DNA of 64,000 bases. Origin: Cyanophora paradoxa CCMP329. Its lineage: Eukaryota; Plantae; Glaucophyta. The notes under the pieces are model-generated. The model was not told the DNA's origin, did no database searches, and saw only the letters and a program-made list of their open reading frames with translations. Where the stretch lies: the NCBI GenBank assembly GCA_004431415.1, contig QPMI01000165.1, forward strand, positions 124,001 to 188,000, read 5' to 3'. Positions 48,226 through 60,353 of the stretch are shown here, one piece after another; positions within the stretch are counted from its first letter, which is position 1, and every line of letters starts with the position of its first letter. A program made the translations under genes and the position numbers.

Positions 48226-48959
48226 TGGCGCGGGAAGCGAGTAGTAGGGCGCGAATATATTTAATTCGTGGGCCGCACGCCCGGCGGGGCCTGGAGGCGC
48301 CAGTGAAGCTCGGAGAGCGCATCAATGACACCCTGGACCAGGAAGGCTAACGGGTCCTTGATGCCGCGCGCACTCAGGGCCATTCGCTCGGAGTTGGCGT
48401 CGCCGAGGGCCGCCATCCGGCCGACAGCGCCGAGGCGCCCGGACCGGCGCCCGCCGCCGCCGCCGCCTCCTCGGCCGCTGCAAGGGCGCGCAAGGCCTCG
48501 GCCGCCCGCGCGACGCGCTCCGCCCCCTCCAGCGAGCAGCGCATGAAGATGGCCACGTCGTATGCGTTGGCGTCCATGGGGATACCCGACGTACACGGCG
48601 TGCGCGCGGCGAAGAGGAGGGCGGTGAAGTGATCGACGCCGATCCACAGCTCGCCGGCCCGCGAGTCCTGGAGAAGGGTGTTCAGCCTGTCCTGCTCGGT
48701 CCTGCAGCTACCGCCGCCCCGGTCCTGGCAGTCCTTTCTTGCACGTGCCTCCCTGTTGCAGTAGGGGGCGTTGTAGTCCGGGCCCGGGATGGGCCAGTCC
48801 CTCCACGAATAGATGGGCACGGGGGCCTCCCCGAGCCCAGATCTGCGGGCTCGCGCCCGGTAGCCTGATTTTGGGTAGTAAAAATAATAATACGATCCGG
48901 GCTCCGATGCCGGCTCGTCGAGCCATGACCATGTCGGCAGGGCCACGGCTGCCGGGCTC

Positions 48960-49320
48960 CCCGCCAATCACGACCGTCTTGACCTCCGTTGCCGCCTCGG
49001 GGCCGCCGGAGATCTCCTCGATCTTCGGGGGCCCTCCCGGCGCCGCCTGCTGCTGCGGCGCCGGCGGACCCCCCATGGAGAGGATGTCGATGCGCACGAA
49101 CTCGTCGGGCGGGGGGAAGGGCAGCGGGGCCCCGAGCACGTCGCCCGGGATGACCGAGAGGAGGTCGGGGCCGAGCGAGTTCATGAGGCCCATCACGCCG
49201 GCCCCGATGGGGGCGGGGATCCCGAGGCCGGCCGCGGGGCCCTTCATCTTGTACTCGGTCGCCGGTGGCGGGGGCGCAGGCGCGGCGGCCTGCTGCTGTG
49301 GCTGGCCGCCGCCGCCGCCG
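48960..49320 (-). pseudogene. Conserved NCLDV protein C-terminal fragment (DUF5767-like)
   Basis: EYKMKGP...EVKTVVIGG. Confidence 0.4.
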
Positions 49321-49536
49321 CCCCTAAAGTGCGCGACGGCGGGGGGGGCGGACCGACGCCGGCGTGCGCCGCCTCCTCAAGATGCGCGTGCCCGTCACGG
49401 AGGTCGCCTTCGCCGTCTACGTGATCGACAACGACGCGGAGGGGGCCGGCGGCGGCAGGGGCTGCTATGTGGGCTTCGAGGGGACCACCACCGTCGAGGC
49501 GGCCCTCCTCGACGCCGACGTGCCGGCCGGCTTCCT

Positions 49537-52414
49537 CTATATACTGCCGGGTTGGGTGATGTTGCCGAAATCTGTCGCCCCGGTCTCGCCCGTGGCGCCC
49601 CCCACGAAGAGGTTGCGGCTGATGTAGGCACCGCCGCGGCAGACCAGGGCTCCAGTGGGTGCTGTCGCCCCCTGCGTTGTGTTTGTGATCGTCACCACGC
49701 CCCCGATTGCGGCGGTCCCGTTCGTCAGGGTCATCGTTCCGTTCGTCGAGCTGTAGTTGCCCGTCACCGTCACAGAACCCCCCAGCGTTGTAGCCCCCGT
49801 CACGCCCAAGGTGCCCCCCACCGAGGTGTTGTTGGACAGCGTCGCGACCCCCGTCACCCCGAGCGTACCCCCAACGGAGGCATTGGCCAGCGTCGTGTTC
49901 CCCGTCACCCCGAGCGTCCCCCCCACCGAGGCATTGGCCAGCGTCGTGTTCCCCGTCACCCCAAGCGTGCCTCCTACCGAGGCGTTCCCCAGCGTGGTCG
50001 CCCCTGTCACCCCAAGCGTACCCTTCTTGTCATCTTCGGCGCGGGAACGCTTGGAAGAGGACCTGTGCGCGCGCACGGGCCGGCGATCGGAACCGGACGG
50101 GGGCGCGGGCCGCGCGCGCTGCGAGCTGCTGTGTAGGTGCACTTACATGCCTGGAGCCGAGCTGGAGCCGCGCTGGAGGCGAGATGACGTGGCACCAACG
50201 ACGTACCCCCCCTCAATGACGTACCCCGTCACGCGGTCGCATCCGATGTGTGGGCCCGGGCGCACCGAACGCTTACGATACGCGCGCGACGGCTCTGAAG
50301 AAGCTCTTCTGCGCGCGCGGCAGGCCCCTGGGCCGCGCTGGAGGCGAGATGACGTGGCACCAACGACGTACCCCCCCTCAATGACGTACCCCGTCACGCG
50401 GTCGCATCCGATGTGTGGGCCCGGGCGCACGTGGTTGAGCCTGTGACCCCAAGTGTACCCCCAACGGAGGTGCCGGCCAGCGTCGTGGCCCCCGTCACCC
50501 CAAGCGTGCCCCCCACAGAGGCGTTCCCCAGCGTGGTTGCCCCGGTCACGCCAAGGGTACCCCCCAACGTGGTTGCCCCTGTGACCCCGAGTGTTCCCCC
50601 CACCGATGTGCCGGCCAGCGTCGTGGCCCCCGTCACCCCAAGCGTGCCCCCCACAGAGGTGTTCGCCAGGGTGGTCGCCCCGGTCACGCCAAGGGTACCC
50701 CCCAGCGTGGTGGCCCCCGACACGTCCAGGGTGCCCCCCACCGAGGCGCTGCCCCCTGTCAGGGTCAGGTCACCCTCCTGCGACGTGTAGTCGCCAGCCA
50801 CTGTCAGGGGGCCGCCCAGCGTGGTGGCGCCCGACACGTCCAGGGTGCCCCCCACCGAGGCGCTGCCCCCCGTCAGGGTCAGGTCACCCACCTGCGACGT
50901 GTAGTCGCCGGCCACTGTCAGAGCTCCTCCCAGCGTGGTGGCCCCGGACACGTCCAGGGTGGCCCCCACTGAGACAGCCCCCACAACGGCAACGTTGCCG
51001 CTGGGGTCTTCGGCCGTCACGGCCCGCCTCGTCTGGCCCATCCCCGCGGGGGCCTGAAGCAGCACGCGGCCACCAGTGGGGGTCCGGAACTGCAGCGTGT
51101 CAGGGGCGCCGATGACCGACCCTGAAGCTGTCTCAAAGGTGAGTGAGCCCGTCTGTTCAACGAGCCCCGGTGTCGCGTAGTGGCGGAAGCGGAGGCCGGA
51201 CCCTGCGGCCGGCTGCCCCCCGCTGGCCGAGGCGCCCGTGTCCTCGCTGACGTCGTCCGCCTGGTTCAGCGTGATGATGCGGTCCGCCGTGGAGACGGCC
51301 TCGGCCGTCACCGTGGTGAGGTTCACGATCGTGGCGTTGGACATGTTCACGGTGTCCAACGGGCCGCCAATCGTGATGGTCGTTGGGATCGCGTTGTTTG
51401 CGCCCACGTGCCCGATGGTGATTTCCCCCACGTCGGGCGCGCTACCAATGCTGATCGAGTTCGCCCCTGGCGGTGCGTCCAGCGACGCAGAGAAGAGGCC
51501 GCTGGTTGTCAGCAGGGACCCCGTGACCGAGACGGTGTTGTTGGGGCCGCTGGCGACGATAGACGAGGCATGGAGATCCCCAAGGCTATCGAGTGTACCC
51601 GTCACACTGAGTGTGTTCAGCGTTGTGTTTCCCGACACCCCCAGGGTGCCCCCCACCGAGGTGTGCCCCAGTGAGGTCGCCCCCATCACGCTCAGGGTTC
51701 CCCCTACCGAGGCGTTCCCCAGCGTGGTCGCCCCCGTCACACCGAGCGTACCCCCAACGGAGGTGTTTGTCAGCGTCGTAGCCCCTGCCACCCCAAGCGT
51801 ACCCCCAACGGAGGTGTTGGCCAGCGTCGTGGTCCCTGTGACCCCAAGCGTGCTCAGCGTCGTGTTCCCCGTCACCCCCAGGGCGCCCCCAACCGAGGCG
51901 TTTGCAGCCAGCGTGGTAGCACCCGTCACCCCAAGCGTACCTCCAACGGAGGTGTTGGTCAGGGTCGTACCACCCGTCACCCCGAGTGTACCCCCCACCG
52001 AGGTGTTGGCCAGTGTCGTGGCCCCCGTGACCCCAAGCGTGCTTAGCGTCGTGTTCCCTGTCACGCCCAGGGTGCCCCCGACCGAGGTGTTCGCCAGGGC
52101 GGTCGCCCCGGTCACGCCCAAGGTACCATCCACCGAGGTGTTGGCCAGAGTCGTGGCCCCTGTAACCCCAAGCGTGCTCAGCGAGGTCCCCCCCGTGACC
52201 CCGAGGGTGCCTCCCACCCTGACATTGGCTAGCGTCGTATCACCTGCCACGCCCAGGGTACCCCCAACGGAGGCATTTGCAAGCGTCGTCGCCCCCGTAA
52301 CCCCGAGCGTACCTCCAACCGAGGCGCTGGCAAGCGTGGTATTCCCTGTCACGCCCAGGGTACCCCCGACAGAGGCGCTGGCCAGCGTTGTGGCCCCCGT
52401 GACCCCGAGGGTGC
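49537..52414 (-). pseudogene. Virion fibre-like protein with VGGTLGVTGATTL repeats; 5' truncated and interrupted at 50023-50429
   Basis: Dozens of 11-17 aa beta-repeats; ADRIITLN and TGALVCRGGAYISRNLFVGG motifs typical of phage/NCLDV fibres. Confidence 0.8.
50167..50430. repeat. Exact 99-bp direct repeat (50167-50265, 50332-50430) with 66-bp spacer
   Basis: GCCGCGCTGGAGGCGAGATG...GGGCCCGGGCGCAC occurs twice. Confidence 0.95.
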
Positions 52415-52419
52415 TCAGG

Positions 52420-52768
52420 CGTCGCCGAGCGCACCTGCGCGGGCTCGGCGACCGGCGACTGCACGGCCACGCTGCGGTTCCGTGCAGGCGGGGAGGAGAT
52501 CGTGGCCCAGGGCGTAAATCTCGGGCGCAACGCGCCCCCGCCCGGCGCGTACGTCGAGATCGAGCACGACCGCAGCAACCCCCGCGCCGCCCTGGGCCTC
52601 GCCAGCTGGAGCCGCAGCGGCGGCGCGCTCGTGCTCGCCCTCGTGCTCGTGCTAGCCGGCGTCGCAGTGGGGTTCGGCATGTCCCTGCGCTACCGCGTCG
52701 CGCGCTCGGGCAAGGTGGGCGCCGCCTCGGTGGGGGTCGGCGCCATCCGCCGGGCGTTTCGGTTGTAA
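52420..52768 (+). pseudogene. Membrane protein C-terminal fragment
   Basis: GAYVEIEHDRSNPRAA followed by a TM helix. Confidence 0.45.
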
Positions 52769-54549
52769 AGAACGTGCCGTACATGACACTCATTAATAGC
52801 TAGCTAGCGGGCGGGCCGCGGCCGGCCTGTCTCTGACACCACCACGGTGCGCGTACGCGCGTATGCAGATCAGGCCGGAGGCGGCGACGAGCTCGTGGGG
52901 CGGGGCCGGTCTCCAGCGCGTCGATCCAGCCGCCCAGGCGTCCACCATGCACCGCCTGACGTGGTCCGCCGCGACCAGCCGGTCCATGAGCGCCTCCGCC
53001 TCGGTTCGTGGCACGCACCCTATTCTCCGGCAGCTCCTCCGCGAGGGCGTGGATAATGAGCGCCACGCGGCCGCCCATGCTGGCCACGGTCTCGGCGGCC
53101 GCCTCGAGGGGGTCGGCCATGAAGCCGGACGGGCGGCGGAAGGGCCTCGCGCGGTCCTGCCCCAGGTTCCGCAGCAGGATCAGGCTGAGCTCCCCAAGCC
53201 CGTTCCCCGTGACGAGGGGCAGCGCCGCCTGCACCGCATGCTGGGTCGTCCCGGCGAGCTCCGCCTGCGGCCCCAGGCCGAGGAGCGCGGTAGGGATGAA
53301 GGATCGGCTCTCCATCCCCAGCGCGTGCACCCGCGTGGCCTTGCCGGCCTCGTGGGGCGGCAGGAGGAGCCGGTCGGTTCGCTCCAGGAGCTCGATCGCC
53401 TCCTTCCGGCCCTTCAGGGGCGAATCGATGTGCGCGAGGGGATTCTCGGGATCCGGATCGCCGGCTGTTGCCCGCGCGCGCTTCATCGGAGGAGGGTGCC
53501 GATGCGCGCAGTATCGGTCGGTCGGGCGGTAGGGGTACCGGCACTACGAGTTTTTCCGGTGCCGACTTGCACAGTCCGACCACACCCACACGTGCGCGCA
53601 CATGGAGAGCATCAGCGGCCACTGCGACGACCTCTTCCTCGCTATGACAACTGCGGCCGCGGACGCCGAGCTCGAGGATCTCATCGGCTGCTCGAGCTCG
53701 GCACTGGCCCTCGCGGCGGCCGCGGCCCGGCAGCAGCCGCAGCGGCCTCCTGCTGCAGCGGCGTATCGCAGCAACAGTGCGGGATATAGTAGCACGCAGT
53801 CCGAGTCACCCGAGCCGCCCCCGGCGGCGGCGATTCGCGCGGTCGATCGGTCGGCATCGCCCTCGCGCGCGATCCCCGTGCGCTTCGTTGCGCCTAGGCC
53901 TGCGGCGGCGACTCCCCCGCCGCCGTCGCACTTCCGTCCGATCACGCCCCCCTCGCCGGCGGATGACCCCACATGCCGGCGTGGGCCGGGTGGACGTAGA
54001 GGTACTGGATTTCCACGCTGTCCACGGCTCTGGGTCCAAGCCGGCTTACGGCGACGCACCTGGCCGCGCCAGTCGGGTGCAGCGTCCTGACTGCCGTTCT
54101 GTAGTCGTCGGGCCACTTGACAGTGACGGTGGCCTGGTCGCTGGTGAGGCTGCCGGTGAGCTCGGCGATCACCTCCAGTGAGCTGAAGCCGTATCGGGGG
54201 GCGTCTTTGAACTTCCACCTGTACACCTCCTTGCTCTCCTCTGACTTCTTTCCAATGAATTCCAGTCGGTTTGGGCACGGGTTCGGAAGCTCGGGCTGCC
54301 TCCCCCTCGTGACCCGCCGCCCGCCGGGCGCCGAGCTGGGCCCGGGCTCGGGTTCACCACGCCGGCGCTTGACGGGCGGCGGCGCCGGCAGCGGGCTGGA
54401 GGGCGCGCTCTACGGCGCGAAGAGGCTCGCGGAGGGCGCCCCCCGGGCGGCCCTGGACGAGTTCAGGGCCGGGGTCGGGGCGCTCAATGTCCCCGTCGTC
54501 CGAGACCCCGCCACCGGGGCGCTCGAGATCGACTGGGCGAACGTCCACG

Positions 54550-54755
54550 GGGGGCGGGCTCCCAGCGGGGGTACAGTCCCCGCACAAGTCCCGGAGCTGC
54601 CCGGGCGGGCAGCCCGTCCCGGGGCACGTAGCGGGCGGCGGGCTCCCCGCGGGGACACAGTCTCCGCACGAGTTCTTGACCTGCTTCGGGGGGCAGCCCG
54701 TGGCCGGGCACACCCCCTGGCGATCGGAGCAGACGGGGGTCGCCGTCCCGCAGCC
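54550..54755 (-). pseudogene. Second Cys-rich repeat family, short fragment
   Basis: VCPATGCPPKQVKNSCGDC...CPGTGCPPGQLRDLCGDC. Confidence 0.65.
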
Positions 54756-54782
54756 GACCACCTGGTGCGGCTTCCCCGCGGG

Positions 54783-55083
54783 GCACGCCAGCTTCCGCCC
54801 CACGGGCGACATCACCGGGACCCCCACCCTGGTGCAGAACCACTTCAACGGCCGGTGGGGCGGCGAGGAGCGCCGAACATACGCGAGCCTCGGCATCACC
54901 AGCGGCGCGGCCCCCTGGGCCCTCTACTTCGTCATGGACGCGGCCAGCTTCAAGATCTACCGGGTGGACACCTCGCCCCCGCAGCTCGTCTCCACGTTCA
55001 ACAACCGCATGCCCTCCACGCCCATTGTGCGCTTCGAGTCCGGGCCCTACGCTTGCACGCGGGTGCTGTTCGCGGTACCCTAG
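54783..55083 (+). pseudogene. Galectin-like domain, C-terminal fragment (paralog of 58132-58743)
   Basis: HASFRP...LVQNHFNGRWGGEERR...FNNR; near-identical 3' end to the intact copy. Confidence 0.7.
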
Positions 55084-55779
55084 CAGGTCACACAGAGGCC
55101 AGAAGGTCGAAGGTGAACGCCACGGCAAGGTAGTACTGTTGTTCTGTTCCCCTTGGTCAGCCTGGCGCACCACCCGGCCTGCTCCGTCCCGCAGATGGCG
55201 TCCCCGTGGTGCACGAGCTGGTAGATCGGGACCTCCAAGTCGATCTCGGGCGGCATGATAGTGGGAGGATGCGCTCACAGGGCTGCTAGACACGGTATAT
55301 CCTGTAGTATAATATCAACAACACTACGGACGTGGGGTATTCCTACTCGCGATCGCGCCCGTGCCGTCCTGCTGCCTTGTGTCCCGCATGACGCGCAGGA
55401 CCGTATCGAAGAGGTAGGTGGGCCGACCCCAGCGCGTGTCGACGATCACGACAAAGAACCCCTCGCGGCGGAACTGGGGGATCATGCGCGCGTCCGGGGC
55501 TGCCACCGTGGTCGCCTGGAACCCCAGGCTGCCCCCTGTGTCGCAGTCGGTTGGCCCTTGGACCCGTGCCTCGTCTTCAACACGCGCACACACAAGTACA
55601 GGGTCCGGGGCACGTGCCCTGAGTGCGGGCGCCGCATCTCCTCGTTCTGCTCCCCCGACCACTGGCGCGACGTCCCCTTCGAGCGTCTGCAGGTCGGGTT
55701 GCCGCCGCCGCCGGCCGCCGCCACCGCTACCCCCCGCCGCCCCCGCCGCCGGGGGCCGGCCGAGGCAGCAGCTGGAGGA

Positions 55780-56280
55780 TCCGGTCCACCTTCTTGATCG
55801 CGGAGAGGGACCGGCCCGAGACGCCCGGGGCGACGTTGCGCGGCGGCGGCGAGGGGGGGCGCGGCGCCGCCTGCTGCTGCTGCTCGCCGCCGCCCTGCTG
55901 CTCCCCCCCGTCGCCCTGCTTCTTCTTCTTTGGCGCCGGCGGTGGGCCCGCCCCGGGAAAGAGGAGCGAGTAGAGGCCGCCGTCCATCAGGCGCGGCCGC
56001 GACTTGAACTCCGAGCACTTCCCCTCCCGCCGCCCCTCGGTCGTGTCGCACCGGCAGTAGCACAGCTGACGGGCCCCGCTGACGCCGATGACGAAGTACA
56101 CGTTGTTGTTGTTGTGCTCCGGGGGCTGCTTTGTGAGGTTCTCGCACCAGCGGCTCGTGGAGCGCGCCGTGTACGAGCGCTTCTTGCCGTTGCCGTCGTT
56201 CGCCCACGCCGCCGTGATCTCGGGTCGCCCGGGGAAGGCGTTGACGATGAAGTTGCGGATCGACTGGAAGAGGCACTCTG
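55780..56280 (-). pseudogene. PrimPol/AEP primase C-terminal Zn-ribbon (UL52-like) fragment of NCLDV type
   Basis: STSRWCENL...EHNNNNVYFVI...QLCYCRCDTTEGRREGKCSEF...LYSLLFP. Confidence 0.72.
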
Positions 56281-56399
56281 ACGAGCTACAGCATACACCA
56301 TGGCGGTGGAGGGGAGAGGTGCGGAGGAGGAGGAGGAGGATGAGGAGGAGGAGGAGGAGGAGGAGGAGGAGTCTTTGGACCCCCCTGCCGCCGCGGCCG

Positions 56400-56672
56400 G
56401 CACCCTGCGCGGCCTGCGGCATCCACTGGGTGGGGTCGTCCCACGCACGCTGCCTTGCCTGTCGCCTCGGCGTGGCGGCACCCGCACGGCCCGGCGGCGA
56501 CAGGCATGTGAGCGACGTCCACGTGGTCGCCAGCATCCTCGCCGGCAGCCCCTGGCGCCCCGTCTCCCCCGACCTCGTCGCCCCCCCGCGCCAGGGGTGC
56601 GCCATCGGCGCCGGGTCCGTCTACCTCCCCGACTTCACCTTCTCCCTCCCAGACATCGTCGTCGAAGCCGAT
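56400..56672 (+). pseudogene. PD-(D/E)XK-like endonuclease fragment
   Basis: CAAC..CLAC Zn pair followed by YLPDFTFSLPDIVVEAD, cut at a junction. Confidence 0.45.
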
Positions 56673-56674
56673 GT

Positions 56675-57682
56675 GCACCACCCGCAGAGGTCCAGCTGCT
56701 GGCCAGGCGGGCAGCCCGTCTCCGGGCACACCGCGAGCTCCTGGGCGGTCCACTCAACGCAGACCCCGCAGCCAATGTCAAGCTTCGGGGCCTCCTTGGG
56801 GCACCCATTGGAGCACTCGGGCTTCTCCTGGCCCTTCCACCAACACTCGTGGCACGCGTTGTTCTTGTCCTGTCCCGGGGGGCACTGGGTCTCGCGGCAC
56901 AGTGCCCCAGGGGGCACGCGGAACTCGGACGAGCACTCGCCGCACTCGTTCTTGCGCTGGTAGGGGGGGCAGCCGGTGTTGGGACAGACGAGGTTCGGGG
57001 ACCCGACCATGCGATCGTCTATGCAGACACCGGGCCCGCACTGGGGGGCGGCAGCCTGGCCGGGGGCACACCCGTCGTCACAGACGGGCTTCTCGCGGCC
57101 CTTGGTCCAGCACTCGCGACACGAGTTGTTCTTGTCCTGCCCGGGCGGACACCCGGTCGTGGGGCAGATGGCAGGAGCACGGGACGGGTCGAGCGTACAG
57201 TCACCACAGCGGTCGAGGCGGCCCTCGGGGAAGCCGCGGGCGATGCAGGCGGGGTCGGTGCAGGTGCTGTTGTCGCCGCCGCAGGCCCCGCAGCGGTCCC
57301 GCAGCTGGCCGGCGGGGCATCCGGCGTCGGTGCACGACATGCCATTGCCGCCGCAGACACCACAGCGGTCTCGCATCATCCCGGCGGGGCAGCCCGTCGA
57401 GGTGCAGGTAGAGCCGTCGCCGCCGCAGACGCCGCAGAAGTCGCGGGCCTGGCCGGCAGGGCAGCGGGGCAGCCGCGGGGCCGCCCCCGGGTCGTAACCA
57501 AGTGCTCGTTCAAGCTCGTCGGCCGCTGGGCCTGCTCCCGCCGGACCCCGTGAGGCTGCATAGGTGGCCCCAAGGGCCGCGAGGGCCACAACGACGGCGA
57601 GGGTGGCGCCGGCAGCTTTGAGGCTCCCGCCGCCGCCGCCGCCGCCGGGCACCCCAGGCGGTTGAGGCGCAGGCACAGACAT
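56675..57682 (-). pseudogene. Membrane-anchored Cys-rich repeat protein, 3' truncated
   Basis: ATG, N-terminal TM (ATLAVVVALAALGATY), D.CGVCGGDGSTC and CP.TGCPPGQDKNN repeats. Confidence 0.75.
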
Positions 57683-57864
57683 ATGTTGTCGCTGGGTTCA
57701 CTACAGGAACCGCAAAGATAAATAAAAGGCGAGCAGGAGACTATTTTACTTGGGCACCGCCGGCGCCGCCGCTGCTGCTGAGAATCCGGAAGCTGCCACC
57801 GGAGCGCCTCAGGGGGCCCCAGAAGAGGAGGTTGCCGTCGCCGGTGCGGCTGGTGTCCGAGAAG

Positions 57865-58084
57865 GGCCGTTGGATGTAATGCCATGTCGCTCCGGGGGCT
57901 GCCCCGTGCATATTGTCGCGTACGACGTGCGGGATACGGTGGGGAGGGGCGCAAGGGCGCGCCGGACCCATCCACGGCCCTGCCGGACGAGGGATTCGAC
58001 GTATCCCAGCTCCTGGCGGGCGACGTCGTACCGAAGGCCGTCTACGATGACGAGGATCACGCCAAATCGTCCTTTGCGGGGCAT
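57865..58084 (-). pseudogene. Alkaline phosphatase superfamily (nucleotide pyrophosphatase-like), N-terminal piece
   Basis: VILVIVDGLRYD...LPTVSRTSYATICTGQPPERHGITSN. Confidence 0.8.
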
Positions 58085-58131
58085 CGGTGTTTTTACACTG
58101 AGCGATTATTTTTAGTGAAAGGGTGAGATCG

Positions 58132-58743
58132 ATGGCGCTCCCCTCCGAAGGCCCCATCTCCTTCGGCGCGATCCGGAGCGCCCTGAACGGCCCGCCGGTG
58201 GGGAGGCCCTCCCCCATGTCGCTCTACTGGGGGGCCACGAACGGCGTGCCAACCTCGGGCCCCCTCAGCTTCTCGCACTTCCGCGGCAGGGCCCCGCTGC
58301 GGTCCGTGGGGGGCAGTGCCGCCGTGGTCGACCCCGCCCTGAGCGTCTACGGGATGCGCTTCCTCTTGCAGTGCTCGGACGGGACCGCGGGGGGCAGCCT
58401 CAACTTCTTCGGCCACGAGAGCAACTTCGACCCCCTCGTCTACCACGGCAGCTTCCGCCCTTTCGGAAACGTCCAGAGCCCCAACATCGTGCAGAACACA
58501 TTCAGCGGGGGGTGGGCCTGGGAGGAGCGCCGCACCTACGGGAGCTTCGGCATCACCAACACCACCGCGCCCTGGGCCCTCTACTTCGTCATGGACGCGG
58601 CCAGCTTCAAGATCTACCGGGCGGACACCTCGCCCCCCCAGCTCGTCTACACGTTCAACAATCGCTTTCCGTCGACGACGCCCATCCGGCGCTTCGAGGC
58701 GTCGCCCTACACGTGCACCCGGGTGCTGTTCGCGGTGCCCTAG
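58132..58743 (+). CDS. Virion-anchor peptide plus galectin-like carbohydrate-recognition domain (intact ORF)
   Basis: N-terminal LPSEGPISFGAIR...VPTSGPLSFSHFRG (viral structural-protein leader); YHGSFRP...IVQN...GWAWEERR...FNNR. Confidence 0.68.
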   Translation: MALPSEGPISFGAIRSALNGPPVGRPSPMSLYWGATNGVPTSGPLSFSHFRGRAPLRSVGGSAAVVDPALSVYGMRFLLQCSDGTAGGSLNFFGHESNFDPLVYHGSFRPFGNVQSPNIVQNTFSGGWAWEERRTYGSFGITNTTAPWALYFVMDAASFKIYRADTSPPQLVYTFNNRFPSTTPIRRFEASPYTCTRVLFAVP

Positions 58744-58949
58744 GTCGCGGCGCGATATGCTGCCGGCACAGGCGCGCGGTGCGTGCCCTAGATGACGGAG
58801 AACACCACGGCCAGATGGTACTCGAGCGGGGGAAGCGGCGGCTCAGACGACGAGGGCCGAATCGCCCGCGGGGCGTCTAGAACTTTCTCACAGCCCGTCT
58901 TCGCGGGGCGACGTCTTCTCACAGCATGGCGGCCGCCACCGGCGCCCCG

Positions 58950-59157
58950 CTGCCCTCCGAAGGCCCCATCTCCTTCGGCGCGATCCGGAGCGCCCTGAAC
59001 GGCCCGCCGGCGGGGACGCCCTCACCCATGTCGCTCTACTGGGGGGCCACGAACGGCATGCCAACCTCGGGCCCCCTCAGCTTCTCGCACTTCCGCGGCA
59101 GGGCCCCGCTGCGGTCCGAGGGGGTCGGCGTCGTGGTCAGCCCCGGCCTGAGCTGTC
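58950..59157 (+). pseudogene. N-terminal fragment of another anchor/galectin paralog
   Basis: Near-identical to 58138-58305. Confidence 0.8.
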
Positions 59158-59345
59158 AGGGTACCCCCCAGCGTGGTGGCCCCCGACACGTCCAGGGTGC
59201 CCCCCACCGAGGCGCTGCCCCCCGTCAGGGTCAGGTCACCCTCCTGCGACGTGTAGTCGCCGGCCACTGCCAGGGGGCCGCCCAGCGTGGTGGCCCCTGA
59301 CACGTCCAGGGTGGCCCCCACTGAGACAGCCCCCACAACGGCGAC
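59158..59345 (-). pseudogene. Fibre paralog fragment continuing 26468-26851
   Basis: VAVVGAVSVGATLDVSGATTL... homologous to ~50993 downward. Confidence 0.85.
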
Positions 59346-59706
59346 CCACCTCGAAGGCCCGGACCGCGTCGGGCACGCCTCGGGCCCCGGCCGGGACTAC
59401 CACCAGGCCGTTGAGGCGATCGACGAGCTCCTCGGGCTCTACCTGCCAGAGTGGCTCAAGACGCACCACGTCGTGATCACGGCCGACCACGGCATCGACC
59501 GGCACAGGAGCCATGGCGGTACGGGGAAGGCGCTCAGGCACGTCCCGTTGTACTTCCTGCCATCTGGATCCGGATCATCGCGACCCCCGCCCCCGCCGCC
59601 CCCCGACCCCGTCGACGTCCCGCTTGAGGCGGTCGCCGGCATTGTGATTGGTGCACTGGCGCCCGCGTCCCGCGGGCGATCGATATCCTCCACGCATCGA
59701 TCATGA
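59346..59706 (+). pseudogene. Alkaline phosphatase superfamily, C-terminal piece
   Basis: HLEGPDRVGHASG...VVITADHGIDRHRSHGG...VPLY. Confidence 0.8.
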
Positions 59707-60353
59707 AGCCGGCCGTTGATGTCGGACAGCGCCGCCGCCCCCGCCCCCGCCCCGCCCCCCCTCTCCTGCTGGTGCGGGCGGGCCGTGCGGGCGGTCAGGC
59801 CCGCCGGCGCCTCCGCCAACACCTACGTGCCCCTCGCGCCCGTTTGCGACCTCCACGCCAACCTCATGTGCGCCGGCTGCGGCCTGCGGCGCGGCGGCCA
59901 GGCGCGGGCCGACGGGAAGGCCCTGCCCCTCTGCGTCGCCTGCGACAAGGCCTCGCGCGGCGAGATGTGCCTCAAGTGCGGGGAGCGGGCCGCCACGCGG
60001 CGCGCCTGCACGTCCTGCAGCCGCCTCTGCGTCGTCGAGGGGTGCTCGGCGCGCCGCGCGAGGCCCTCCCGGCCCCGCCCTACTGCGAGGCCCACGCCCT
60101 GCCCCCGCCCTGCGCGGCCTGCGGCGTGCCCGTCTCCCTCCGTGCCCCGACCCGGCGCCTGGCCCTGGCCGTGTCGTTCGTGGGCGGCGGCGGCGGCCCG
60201 GGCCGAGTGGCGGCCCTCCTCGCGTGCTCGCTCGGGGTCTCCCGTGCCTCCTCCCTCTTCCTCACGCGCCCCCCTGCGCGCACCTTCTGGCGCGCCCTCT
60301 CGGTTGCGCGCGCCGCCGGCGACGGGGCCCCAGTGCTGCTGCCCGGGGGCCTT

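Noticed and set aside
51238-52803. 521-aa Pro/Val/Thr-rich plus-strand ORF
   Set aside because: It is the antisense shadow of the fibre repeat gene.
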